This document shows, piece after piece, positions 1-9,700 of a stretch of DNA of 64,000 bases. This DNA comes from an uncultured Holophagales bacterium. GTDB taxonomy: Bacteria > Acidobacteriota > Thermoanaerobaculia > Multivoradales > UBA5704. The DNA lies in contig CAWJGT010000023.1 in the NCBI GenBank assembly GCA_963842525.1, forward strand, positions 96,001-160,000, given 5' to 3'. The position numbers were made by a program, and so were the translations under genes. Each line of letters begins with the position of its first letter. The first letter of the stretch is position 1. The notes beneath the pieces are model-generated. The model saw only the letters and a program-made list of their open reading frames with translations, searched no databases and was not told the DNA's origin.

Positions 1-2
1 TC

Positions 3-764
3 CTCGCCCACGCCCTTCCGGTGCTCTCCCGCTGGGGGATTCCCGCCACCGTCTTCGTGGTGACCGGCTGCTGCGGCGCCCCCGCGGAGAGCGAGCTGCC
101 GTGGTTTGCCTTCGTCGAAGCGGCGTTCCGGCTGACCCGCCGCACGGAGGTGGACCTCGGCTTCTGGGGTGATCCGCCCCAACCGGTCGCGGACCCTGCG
201 AGCCGCAATCGCGCTCTGAAGCACGTCTCGGAGAAGCTGAAGCTCGCCTCCGAAGAAAACCGCCGGCGCTGGCACGACCAGGTGTTGGCGGCGCTGGAGG
301 TGTCACCCGAGGAGATCCGCGCCTGGGCCGCGACCCAGGAGGAGAGGTTCCGCATGCTGACCTGGGAAGAGATCGGGCAGCTCCTGGACGCCGGCATCGA
401 GATCGGGTCCCACACCCGTTTGCACCGGACCCTGAGCCGGCTGGCGCCGCGCGACCTGGAGGACGAGATCGCCGGCGCCCGCGACGACCTCCGCTCCCGG
501 CTCGGTCTCGAGGAGATCGCCTTCGCCTATCCGTACGGCGGGGCGGAGCACGTCGGCACCGTGGCTCCCGAGGTGGCGCGCCGGGTCGGATACACCTGCG
601 CCCTCTCCACGATCCCGGGCCGCAACACGCCGTCCACGGACCGCTTTCTGCTCCACCGGGTCGACGTGCGGGCGTTCGCGAGCCTTACGGCTGAGTCACC
701 GCGGCAAGGCGGCGACAGTTTCGCGGAAAATGCCGAGCAGGCGGTCGACGACGTAGCCAGGTGA
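3..764 (+). CDS. Polysaccharide deacetylase (NodB/CE4 family), probably 5'-truncated by the window edge
   Basis: Motifs IPATVFV, MLTWEEI, EIGSHTRLH, FAYPYG. The frame is open back to the window start. The 3' end overlaps the convergent GT gene by ~69 bp. Confidence 0.85.
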   Translation, partial: LAHALPVLSRWGIPATVFVVTGCCGAPAESELPWFAFVEAAFRLTRRTEVDLGFWGDPPQPVADPASRNRALKHVSEKLKLASEENRRRWHDQVLAALEVSPEEIRAWAATQEERFRMLTWEEIGQLLDAGIEIGSHTRLHRTLSRLAPRDLEDEIAGARDDLRSRLGLEEIAFAYPYGGAEHVGTVAPEVARRVGYTCALSTIPGRNTPSTDRFLLHRVDVRAFASLTAESPRQGGDSFAENAEQAVDDVAR

Positions 765-1790
765 AAACTCTTCGCGCTCGGCGTTCTCCCGCGCCCCCTG
801 CGCGAAGCGCTCCCGCGCCCGCGGCTCCCGCATGCTCCGGATCGCCTCCGCCCAGGCCTGGGGATTGAGGTAGTCGGAGATCACCAAACCTCCGGTGCCG
901 ACCATCTCCGGCAGCCCGCCGCGTTCGCTGACCAGTGCCGGAATCCCGCTCCACTGGGCTTCGAGGACCACCCGGCCGGCGGCCTCCTCCACGATGGAGG
1001 GGACGAGGAGGAGCCAGCCCTGCTGGTAGACCTGCCGGATGTCGGCGACCCGCGGCAGAAAGCGGACATTGGGCAGGCCTTCCAGGGCTGCACGGACGGC
1101 CGGGAGGTCGTCGTTGAGCGGCCAGCTCTCGACGAGCAGGAAGCGCTCCTCCGGAAGCAGGCGCGCGATGCCGAGAAAGGTTTCGAAACCCTTGAGCGGA
1201 TGCGGATTGATCATGAGGATGGAGCCGTCGGGACTGGGCTCGACCCGGTATTCCTCGGCCGGCACCAGGGGGTAGAGGACCTCCGGCAGGACCCCGGACC
1301 TCTCCTCCACCCAGCGCGCGATGTAGCGCGAGCAGGCGAGGAGCCGGCCGCCGGCAGCGGCCACCGCCTGGACCCCTTCCGATTTGAAGCGGACGTCCTG
1401 GACCAAGCAGACGGTCGGGACGCCGTGGGCCTGGCCCAGGCGCGCGATGGGCACTGGATCGGCGCTCGTGGTGAAGATCACCGACGGCGCGAAGCCCGCG
1501 AAGGCCGACTCCAGGGCCGGATCGATGGCGTCGACGATCCAGATGGGGTAGCCGCAGTCGAAATACCAGCGGTCTCCTTCGTCGCGGAACTCGCGGACGC
1601 CCAGCGTCGCGAAGTCGGCCCGCTTGGGGAAGTACTCGGGACGGGGCGTTCCGATGGCCGACCTGGGAACGATCGTCCGGCACTCGACCCCCCGCTCGAG
1701 GAGGAGCCGGAGCAGCGTATGGACGACGCGGTGCCCCCCGGCGAGGCCCAGGGGGTAGGCCGTGAAGGTGTCCGTGTAGAGGAGCCTCAC
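696..1790 (-). CDS. Glycosyltransferase family 4 (GT-B)
   Basis: GTG start overlaps the upstream stop (GTGA). Motifs AGGHRVV, NPHPLKG and PSIVEEAAGRVVLEAQWSGIPALVSERGGLPE (E-x7-E). Confidence 0.88.
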   Translation of the reverse strand: MRLLYTDTFTAYPLGLAGGHRVVHTLLRLLLERGVECRTIVPRSAIGTPRPEYFPKRADFATLGVREFRDEGDRWYFDCGYPIWIVDAIDPALESAFAGFAPSVIFTTSADPVPIARLGQAHGVPTVCLVQDVRFKSEGVQAVAAAGGRLLACSRYIARWVEERSGVLPEVLYPLVPAEEYRVEPSPDGSILMINPHPLKGFETFLGIARLLPEERFLLVESWPLNDDLPAVRAALEGLPNVRFLPRVADIRQVYQQGWLLLVPSIVEEAAGRVVLEAQWSGIPALVSERGGLPEMVGTGGLVISDYLNPQAWAEAIRSMREPRARERFAQGARENAEREEFSPGYVVDRLLGIFRETVAALPR

Positions 1791-2893
1791 CCGGCGTTCC
1801 CTCCTCCCGCCAGCCAGGAGATCCACCGCGCGTGGGGGTCTCCGGTCGCCAGCGACTCTTCCCGCTCCATCCGCCCGTCCCGCCAGACGGCGGCGGCGAG
1901 CCGGGTATCCCCCTGCGGCTGCTCGGCGCCGATCTGGACGACCTCGCGATCCTCGGACAGCCGGGTGAGCTGCTCCTCCAGGCCGCGGCGGAGCTCCGGG
2001 GTGAGCTGGGTGGTCAGGTAGGTGTGCACCACGCACAGCAGGGTGTCGGAGCGCAGGTCGGCGCAGCAGCGGGCCAGGTCGCGGCACACATCGGCCCGCA
2101 CCACGGGCCAGGGCGCGCGGCGCGCCAGCTCGACCGCGGCGCGGAAACGGGCGATGCGGTCGGGGTGATCGGCCCAGAGAAGGGCGGTGAGCCAGCGCAC
2201 CTCGTCGGGGCTCTCCAGGTTGGGTGGATCGAGCTCCAGGCCCAGCCGTTCGGCGATCGCCGGCGCCTGGGCTCCCCGCTGGCGGGGGATCGTGCCCTCC
2301 CGCACCTCGCAGCGCAGCCGCACCGGCGACGCCGTGTCCCCCGCCCACAGATCGCCGTCCGGAAGGACGAGCTGCATGGCGTACCGGTCCCAACAGAGAT
2401 TGAGACCCGCGCTGGCGCCGATCTCCACCAGGCTAACCGGCTGCGCGCCGTAGCGCAGCCCGAGCCACTCCAGCCCCAGGCGGATATAGACCGAGCGGCC
2501 GACCTCGTTGGTCTGGACGCTGCGGGACTCGACGAGCGGCTGGATCGTCTCCGCGTGCTCGGCGCAAAAGTCGCGGAAGAGGGGGAACGGATCCTCCTCT
2601 GGCGGCCGGCCCGCGGCCAGGTCCGCGTAGACGGCGGAGAGCGGATGGGAGACGCCGCGGAGGATCAGGTCGTGGACCGCCGCGAGCAGCATGAGAGCCG
2701 GGGACTGCCCCGGCCGGGAGCGGGCGGCGAGCCCGAGCAGGAACGGATCGCGGGCCGCCCCGGCGCTCAGCGCGCGGTAGAGCGGCGCGTGGCGGAAGAG
2801 CGCAAGGCTGGCCTCCTCGAAGACCAGCGCGGTCTCTTCCAGGTTCCGGCGCGGGCCGGAGGGGGGGGTGGGAGAGGCGGCGGGCCCGCTCAT
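1787..2893 (-). CDS. DUF2332 family protein (possible SAM-methyltransferase-like fold)
   Basis: Motifs VQTNEVGRS, LVEIGASAGLNL.WDRY, LLWADHPDR and a C-terminal DPHARWISW. Confidence 0.8.
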   Translation of the reverse strand: MSGPAASPTPPSGPRRNLEETALVFEEASLALFRHAPLYRALSAGAARDPFLLGLAARSRPGQSPALMLLAAVHDLILRGVSHPLSAVYADLAAGRPPEEDPFPLFRDFCAEHAETIQPLVESRSVQTNEVGRSVYIRLGLEWLGLRYGAQPVSLVEIGASAGLNLCWDRYAMQLVLPDGDLWAGDTASPVRLRCEVREGTIPRQRGAQAPAIAERLGLELDPPNLESPDEVRWLTALLWADHPDRIARFRAAVELARRAPWPVVRADVCRDLARCCADLRSDTLLCVVHTYLTTQLTPELRRGLEEQLTRLSEDREVVQIGAEQPQGDTRLAAAVWRDGRMEREESLATGDPHARWISWLAGGGNAG

Positions 2894-2895
2894 CC

Positions 2896-4863
2896 TCAGA
2901 GCCCGGGCGCCGTGAGGTCGGCCTCCAGCTCGGTGCCGCGGAGCAGGGCGCCGAGCTCGGAGAAGTTGGCGATCAGGTCCCGCAGGTCCTGGGAGATCTG
3001 CTTGCGGGTCGACTCCCGCAGCGTCACTTCCGGCGTCACGGACAGGAAGTGGAGCAGGCGCAGGCGCTCCTCCTCGGTGGTCAGCTTCTCGTAGGTCAGC
3101 TCCAGCCAGCTCTGGCCCATGGAGCGCAGGGCGTTGCAGATCCGGCTGTAATAGGTCTCGTTGAGCTCGATGTGCCGGCGCAGCGCCGCGAGGTCCACGT
3201 CGACGGAGGGCTTCTCCTCGCTCAGCGGGATCCCCGGATAGCTCTCCCACTCCCCCGTCCGCTCGGCGATGACCTCGGAGACGTAGGTCTTGATCCGGTT
3301 GCGGCGGCGGATGACGATCTTGCGGACGTCCGGATCGGCCAGCACCGCGCGGAAGACCGCTTCGTTCTGCCCGCGGTTGAGCTTGAAGCCGACGGCCCGA
3401 TAGCCGGAGCAGGCATCCCAGACCCGGTCGAGGAAGCCGAGCGGATCGCGGTTGCGCTGCTCCAGCGTCCCCAGGTCCAGCTTGCCGCGGCAGGAAAGCG
3501 AATAAAGAATCCGCTCCGGGTTGAAGATCTCGTGGTGGCAGAGGATCTCCGGGTGGGAGTCGAGCAGCGTGCAGAGCCAGTTGCTGCCGGTCCGCGGCGC
3601 GGCAAGGACCACGAAACGCAGCAGGCCCTGGAAGTCCCGCTTGCGGGACAGGACCGGCCCGATCTCCTCCTCGGTCAGCAGGTGCTCCATCTTCTCCCGC
3701 TTGGTCTGCATGTAGAAGGAGCTCTCCGGCGAGGCGGAGACGACCAGCGGCACGCGCTCGACCACGCGCACCCCCCCGTCCTCCAGGCTCCGGATCTTCT
3801 TGGGGTTGTTGGTGAGGAGGCGGATCTCGCGCACTCCCAGGTCGCGCAGGATCTGGCCGGCGATGCCGTAGTCGCGCAGGTCGGGAGGGAACCCCAGCCG
3901 CTCATTGGCCTCGACCGTGTCGAGCCCCTGCTCCTGGAGCGTGTAGGTCTTGAGCTTGTTGTAGAGACCGATCCCCCGCCCCTCCTGCCGCAGGTAGAGC
4001 AGCACCCCGTGGCCGGACTCGGCGATCCGCTGCAGGGCGAGGTCGAGCTGGGGGCCGCAGTCGCAGCGTAGCGACCCCAGGGCATCGCCGGTGAGGCACT
4101 CGGAGTGGATGCGGGTCAGCACCGGGGTGCCGTTCCCCACCTCGCCCCGCACCAGGACCATGTGCTGCAGGCCGGTCAGGGGCTCTTCGTAGGCCAGCGC
4201 GCTGAAGACCCCGTAGCGGGTAGGCAGGCGCGCCGGCGCCGGCAGGCGCACCAGCTTGCCATGGGCCTGCCGGCGGCAGTGGTCGATCAGGCGGGTCATG
4301 CCGACCACTTTCAGGTGGTGCCGGCCGGCGAATTCGTCGACCGGATGCAGGGAGAGCTTGCAGACGAGGCCCATCGGCCGGAGCCCGGCCAGGCGGGCCA
4401 GGTCGAGCACCGCCTCGACCGGGGTTGGACAGACCAGGATGCCGCCCCACGCCGCCCGCAGCGGGACGATCCCCTCCGGCATCAGGACCTCCTCGCCCGC
4501 GGCGAGCTGGATCAGGTGCTGGAGGGCCACCGCGTGCTGCGCCGCGACCCGGGCCAGGACATCATCCCCATCCTCCTCCGGGGAGACCGGCCCTGCGGCC
4601 GGGGAGAACGGCGCGGCGCTCTGATCGAAGGGCACCGGGATGATGCCCAGGGTGTCGAGGCGCTCGGGGGTCATGGCGAGCCCGAGGACTCCCGGACCGT
4701 GGCGCAGCAGGAAGGCGAGGCTCTCGGCCGACGCCTTCTCGGCCGCGGCGAGCAGATAGCCCTCCGCGGTGTGCTCCTCGTCGCGGACGAGGACGATCTC
4801 CCGCCCGTTGCGGAAATCGGCCAGCGCTTCTTCGATCGGTGCAAGTCTCATGGTCAACCTCAT
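2896..4863 (-). CDS. Fusion: degenerate DHBP synthase (RibB-like) + GTP cyclohydrolase II (RibA/ToxB-like) + Stf0-like sulfotransferase
   Basis: RibA motifs RIHSECLTGD..RCDC, RQEGRGIG, DLRDY and LLTNNPKK are intact. The N-terminal RibB fold has altered catalytic motifs. The C-terminal domain has PAPS motifs APRTGSN and RRRN. Single 655 aa frame. Confidence 0.85.
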   Translation of the reverse strand: MRLTMRLAPIEEALADFRNGREIVLVRDEEHTAEGYLLAAAEKASAESLAFLLRHGPGVLGLAMTPERLDTLGIIPVPFDQSAAPFSPAAGPVSPEEDGDDVLARVAAQHAVALQHLIQLAAGEEVLMPEGIVPLRAAWGGILVCPTPVEAVLDLARLAGLRPMGLVCKLSLHPVDEFAGRHHLKVVGMTRLIDHCRRQAHGKLVRLPAPARLPTRYGVFSALAYEEPLTGLQHMVLVRGEVGNGTPVLTRIHSECLTGDALGSLRCDCGPQLDLALQRIAESGHGVLLYLRQEGRGIGLYNKLKTYTLQEQGLDTVEANERLGFPPDLRDYGIAGQILRDLGVREIRLLTNNPKKIRSLEDGGVRVVERVPLVVSASPESSFYMQTKREKMEHLLTEEEIGPVLSRKRDFQGLLRFVVLAAPRTGSNWLCTLLDSHPEILCHHEIFNPERILYSLSCRGKLDLGTLEQRNRDPLGFLDRVWDACSGYRAVGFKLNRGQNEAVFRAVLADPDVRKIVIRRRNRIKTYVSEVIAERTGEWESYPGIPLSEEKPSVDVDLAALRRHIELNETYYSRICNALRSMGQSWLELTYEKLTTEEERLRLLHFLSVTPEVTLRESTRKQISQDLRDLIANFSELGALLRGTELEADLTAPGL

Positions 4864-4905
4864 CGGCCACCCCCCTCAGGAGGGCGGCGCCAAGCGTCCG
4901 GACCT

Positions 4906-6741
4906 TCAGGCCACCTTGCGGTCGTCGACCCGCTGCTGCATCGCCCGTGCGACCTGGACCACGGACAGGTCACCGGGCGCGACCAGGTAGGCGCCGCCGT
5001 CGTAGGAGGTCGCCACCACGTGATCGCCGCTGCGCGCGAGCGAGCTGATGCCGTTGCCCGCGATCTCCCGGCGCGTCACCTTGCCGCTGGCGAGCTCGAC
5101 GCGGATCACCGTCCCCCAGTAATCGCCGACCACGACCGTGTCCTCGTCCCAGAAGCAGAGCGACTTGAGCGAGCGGCGGCCGAGGGGGATCGAGTGCAGG
5201 AGCTTGCCGTTGTCGAGCTGGAAGACCTTGACCGTGAAGTCGCGCGAGACGCTGGCGAGCCGTTCGCCGCTCGGGTCGAGATCGACGTCGTTGATGATGG
5301 CCGTGTGGCCGAGGTAGCTCTCCAGGAGCTCGCCCTCGAAGCTCCAGCCGAGCAGCAGGCCGTCGGCGCCGCAGCTCACGCCCATCGTCTTCGCCGGGTG
5401 CAGGCGTAGCGACTTGACGGCGCCCTCGTGGACGTGGATCTTGCCGCGCACCTGGCCGTCGGGGCCAACGCGCACGATGGCGCTGCTGTAGCAGCCGACG
5501 AACGACTCGCGCTCGTAGCCCGGGTGATGGGCGATGCGGATGGTGTTGATCGGCCCTTCGCCGAGGAAGACCTCGATGCCGTCGCGCAGGTTGCCGTCCG
5601 CCAGGCGGTAGATGTGGATCTTGTTGTCGTGCGCGCCGCCGACCACCATGCCGTACTCCTCGTCGAGGGTCACGGCGTTCATCAGCATGCGGCCCGAGGC
5701 AGGCTCGATGCGGGCGCTCCAGGAGGCCTCGTCCGGGGTGAGCCGGCCGAGGCGGATGTAGCCGTCGTCGCTCACCAGGGCGACCGTGCCGCCGGAGGAC
5801 GCCGAGGCCTCGTTGAAGCAGGCGTTGCCCGGCTCCTCGTCGATCCGGCCCACTTCCCGCGAAAGCCGGCCCGAGGCGGCATCCCAGACCAGGACCGTGC
5901 CGTCGAAGGTGCCGGCCACGATCTGCGAGCCGTCCGGGGTCCAGCTCAGCGAGCGCTCCCAGACCGAGGGGACGCGCTCCAGGCGGAGCTTTTCTTCGAA
6001 GGTCTCGCCGTCCCAGACGATCAGCTTGCGGTCGTAGGCCGCCGACAGGACGTCCCCCGTGGCCGGCGACACCGTAACTTTCTTGATGCCGGAGGTGTGG
6101 GCAGGGATCTCGCGGACGAGGTCGCCGGTGCCGGTGTCGAAGATGCGGATCGCGCCGTCGTCGCAGCCGAGGATGGCGCGGCCGTGCACCGGGTCGATGG
6201 CGCAGGTGTCGGTCTCGTTCTCGAACGGCCCCCAGACGCTCAGCAGCTCGCCGGTGTCGAGGTCCCAGACCCGCAGCGTCTTGTCGTCGCCCGAGGAGTA
6301 GATCCGGCCGTCCTGGTAGGCGAGCGACAGGACGTCCTTCTCGTGGCCTTCGAGGATGCGGAGGATGGCGCCCGTATTGAGGTCCCAGACGAGCACGCGG
6401 TGGTCGCGCGACGCCGAGACGCCGACCGAGTCGCCGGCAAAGACGAAGTCCTCAACGTCGTCGCTGTGCCCGCGCAGCACACGCAGGGGCCGGCCGGTCT
6501 CCAGGTCCCAGATGCAGGTGGTGTAGTCCGACGAGCAGGAGGCGGCCCGGCGGCCGGACGGATCGACGATCAGGCGGTTGACGAGGTGGCGGTGATAGCC
6601 CAGGAGCTCGACCTCCCCGGTCTTCAGATCGAACCGGGCGACTGCCCCGTCATAGGCCGAGGTCACGGCCTTGTCGGTCCCCGGGACGGCGGCCACACCG
6701 GTGACGGGCCCCCGGTGGCGCAGGAAGCTCAGCGAAACCAT
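4906..6741 (-). CDS. WD40-repeat double beta-propeller protein resembling toxoflavin biosynthesis ToxC
   Basis: Many GH..WD repeats. The N-terminal pattern H.GP..G.AA..TSAYD..H.HLVN..SSDY..GHSDDVE..ASRDHRV matches my recollection of ToxC. Strong RBS (AAAGGAG). Start overlaps the PKS-NRPS stop. Confidence 0.8.
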   Translation of the reverse strand: MVSLSFLRHRGPVTGVAAVPGTDKAVTSAYDGAVARFDLKTGEVELLGYHRHLVNRLIVDPSGRRAASCSSDYTTCIWDLETGRPLRVLRGHSDDVEDFVFAGDSVGVSASRDHRVLVWDLNTGAILRILEGHEKDVLSLAYQDGRIYSSGDDKTLRVWDLDTGELLSVWGPFENETDTCAIDPVHGRAILGCDDGAIRIFDTGTGDLVREIPAHTSGIKKVTVSPATGDVLSAAYDRKLIVWDGETFEEKLRLERVPSVWERSLSWTPDGSQIVAGTFDGTVLVWDAASGRLSREVGRIDEEPGNACFNEASASSGGTVALVSDDGYIRLGRLTPDEASWSARIEPASGRMLMNAVTLDEEYGMVVGGAHDNKIHIYRLADGNLRDGIEVFLGEGPINTIRIAHHPGYERESFVGCYSSAIVRVGPDGQVRGKIHVHEGAVKSLRLHPAKTMGVSCGADGLLLGWSFEGELLESYLGHTAIINDVDLDPSGERLASVSRDFTVKVFQLDNGKLLHSIPLGRRSLKSLCFWDEDTVVVGDYWGTVIRVELASGKVTRREIAGNGISSLARSGDHVVATSYDGGAYLVAPGDLSVVQVARAMQQRVDDRKVA

Positions 6742-9700
6742 CTCTGTTCTCCTTTCTGGATCTCGGAACGAACTTGTTGTCCGCCGCCGGGTGCGAGCAG
6801 GGACCGCAGGGCCTCCCGGCCGTGCTCGGCGAGCTTTTCGATCGTGCTCTGGCGGTGGCAGCTCTCGCTGTAGGTCCAGTCGATCTGCAGCCGGCCGTCG
6901 ACGACCGCGGCGGAGACGTAGACCAGGGCGGGCCGGGTGGTCGACGGATCGGCGAAGGCCCCGAGCGACCCGGCAGACACGCGCAGCAGCGAGTCCGGCC
7001 GCGGCGGCCGGATTCCCTGGTTGCCCCGGTAGTTGAAATGGACCTCGGCCGCGGGAAGCCGGCGTATCGCCGCCGCGATCTCCGGATGGCGGCTCAGGTA
7101 GCGCAGGACGCCATAGCCGAGGCCTTCGCGGGGGACTCTCCGGAGCTGCGCCGCCACCCCCCGCAGGCGCTCGGTGGGGTCGTCCGCCTCGGGCAGCTCC
7201 AGGACGACCGGATGGTCGATGGCGAACCAGCCGATGGTGCGCGTGACGTCGAGGTCCGCGAAGACCGGGTGCCGACCGTGGCCGACGAGACTGAGGAGCT
7301 GCACGGGGCTCCCGGTCCAGCGGGCGAGCGCGTCTGCGATCCCGGTCGCGAGCACCTCCTCGGCGGTGACGCCCAGCTCCCGCGGCAGTTCACGGAGGAG
7401 GGCCTCGGTCTCCCCGGCATTGAAGGCGGTCGACACGGCGCGGCGGGAGCGGGCGGTGTTGTGGCCGCCGGGATGGTCCAGCGGCAGGCGGACGGTGCGC
7501 TCCCAGGGGAGCCCCAGCCACCAGTCCGCCTCCGCCTCGGCTTCGGGCGAGCCGGCCCAGGCCGTGAGCCGCTCGGACCAGGTTTTGAACGAGACGAGCC
7601 GGGGAGGGACGCGGACCTCCTCGCCCGGCCCGCGCTGGACGAGCTGGCGGTAGATCGCCTCCAGGTCCTCGGCGAGGAGGCGGACCGAAACGTGATCGAG
7701 CGACAGGTGGTGTCCCACGAAAAGGAGGCGGTCCGGCACACCGGCGCCGAGCTCGAAGGCGACCAGCCGGAAGAGCGGCCCCTGCGAGAGGTGGAGGCTC
7801 TGCTGCACCTTCGCCGCTGCGGCTTCGACCACCCCCCGCAGACGGCCTCCGACAGGCAGCCCGGAGAGGTCGATCGTGGAGAACGGCATCTCCCCGTCCG
7901 GCTCGGCGGCGACCTGCCGCCACCCCTCCCCCTCTCGGTTATCGCGGAAGAAGCGGAGGCGCAGCGCCTCGTGATAGTTGACCAGGTGCCGCAGAGCCGC
8001 AGCGAGGCGCGCCTTGTCGAGGGGATGATCGAGGAGCTCGTCGACCTCGCAGAGCAGGCTCACGTTCCAGTGGTGCGGGTTGACGAACGGCCGCTGGAAG
8101 AACCAGTGCTGGTTGGGGGTGAGCGGGATCGGGCCGGTCTCCGGGGGCGGCGCGGCGGCGAGCGGCGCGCTCCCCTCGGCGACCGCCGCGAGGTCCCCCA
8201 GGCGGGGGTGCGCGAAGACCTGCCGCAGCTCCAAGGAGAGGCCGCGTTGGCGCGCCTTGCCGAGAAGGCGGATGGCGAGCAGTGAGTCGCCGCCCAGGGC
8301 GAAGAAGTGGTCGTCGCGCCCGATCTCCCGCACGCCGAGGAGGTCCGCCCAGACCTCCGCGAGGGCGATCTCCGCGGGAGTCTGCGGCAGGGCGAGCGCC
8401 GCCGGCCGGCGCAGGCCCTCCCCCTCGGGCCGCGGCAGGGCCTTGCGGTCCACCTTGCCATTGGGTGTCTTCGGCAGGGCGTCCAGGACGACGAAGGCGC
8501 CCGGCACCAGGGCCGCGGGCAGGCGGCCTTGGAGGAAGCCCCGGAGCTGGTCAGGATCAGGCGCGCTCCCCTCCTCCGCCGGCCGCACGGCGACATAGCC
8601 GACCAGGCGCTCGGCCGGTCCGTCATCCGTTCCGCTCCAGGCCACGACCGCGGCCTCGCGAATTCCAGGATGACCGAGCAGGGCGCTCTCGATCTCGCCG
8701 GGCTCGACCCGGATGCCGCGCAGCTTGATCTGCCGGTCGATCCGGCCGAGGATCTCGAGGGTGCCGTCGGGCCGGCGGCGGGCGAGGTCGCCGGTGCGGT
8801 ACATCCTCTCCCCCGGCCGGCCGCTCAGCGGATCGGGCCGGAAGGCCGCGGCCGTCAGGTCCGGGCGGCCGAGGTAGCCGCGGGTCAGCCCGGCGCCCGC
8901 GATCCAGAGCTCGCCGGCCACGCCGAGGGGCATCGGCGCGAGGTCCCGGTCCAGGACATGAAGGCGGACGTTCGCGATCGGCCGCCCTGCCGGGACGGTG
9001 CCGGTGCTGGCGTCCGCGTCCGTGAGCCGGTGGACGGTCGTGGTCAGCGTGCTCTCGGTCGGGCCGTACTGGTTGACGACCTGGACCGCGGGAGAGAAGA
9101 CCCGGCGTGCCCGCTCGCGGGTCGCGGCAGGGAGAGGCTCGCCGCTCGCCAGCACGAGCCTCACGGATTCGCCAGGAGGCCCTTCCGCATCGAGCAGCTC
9201 GGCGAGGAGCGTGGGGACCACGCTCGGCAGGCAGGTCACCCCATGCCTCTCGATCGCCCGGCGGAGTACCTGGGGATCGTGGGCCTCATCCTCCTCGACC
9301 AGCACGACCCGGGCGCCAGCCGAGAGCGGCCCGATCAGGTCGCGCAGGGAGGCGTCGAACGACAGCCCCGCGATCTGGAGGGCCACGTCGGACGGTCCCA
9401 GATCCCACTGCCGGAGTAGGTAGCCCAGGTAGTTGACCACCCCGCCATGCCGGCCGCAGATCCCCTTGGGCGCCCCGGTCGAGCCCGAGGTGTGGACCAC
9501 GTAGGCCAGGCCCTCGGGACCGGCGAGCGGAGGGAGATCGGAGCGGTCCTCGCTTGGCCCGTGGTCGAGCAGCTCCTCCCGGGTCAGCACGAGCCGCGGG
9601 CGGGTCGCTTCGAGGATCGCAGCCCGGCGGAGCGGCGGGGTATCCGGAGCGATCGGCACGTAGGCACCACCCGCCTTGAGCACCCCGAGGAGGCCCTCGA

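Noticed and set aside
2896-4905. Housekeeping riboflavin operon or FMN riboswitch
   Set aside because: There is no ribD/E/H nearby, the RibB motifs are degenerate, and the 42-bp upstream gap is too short for a riboswitch.
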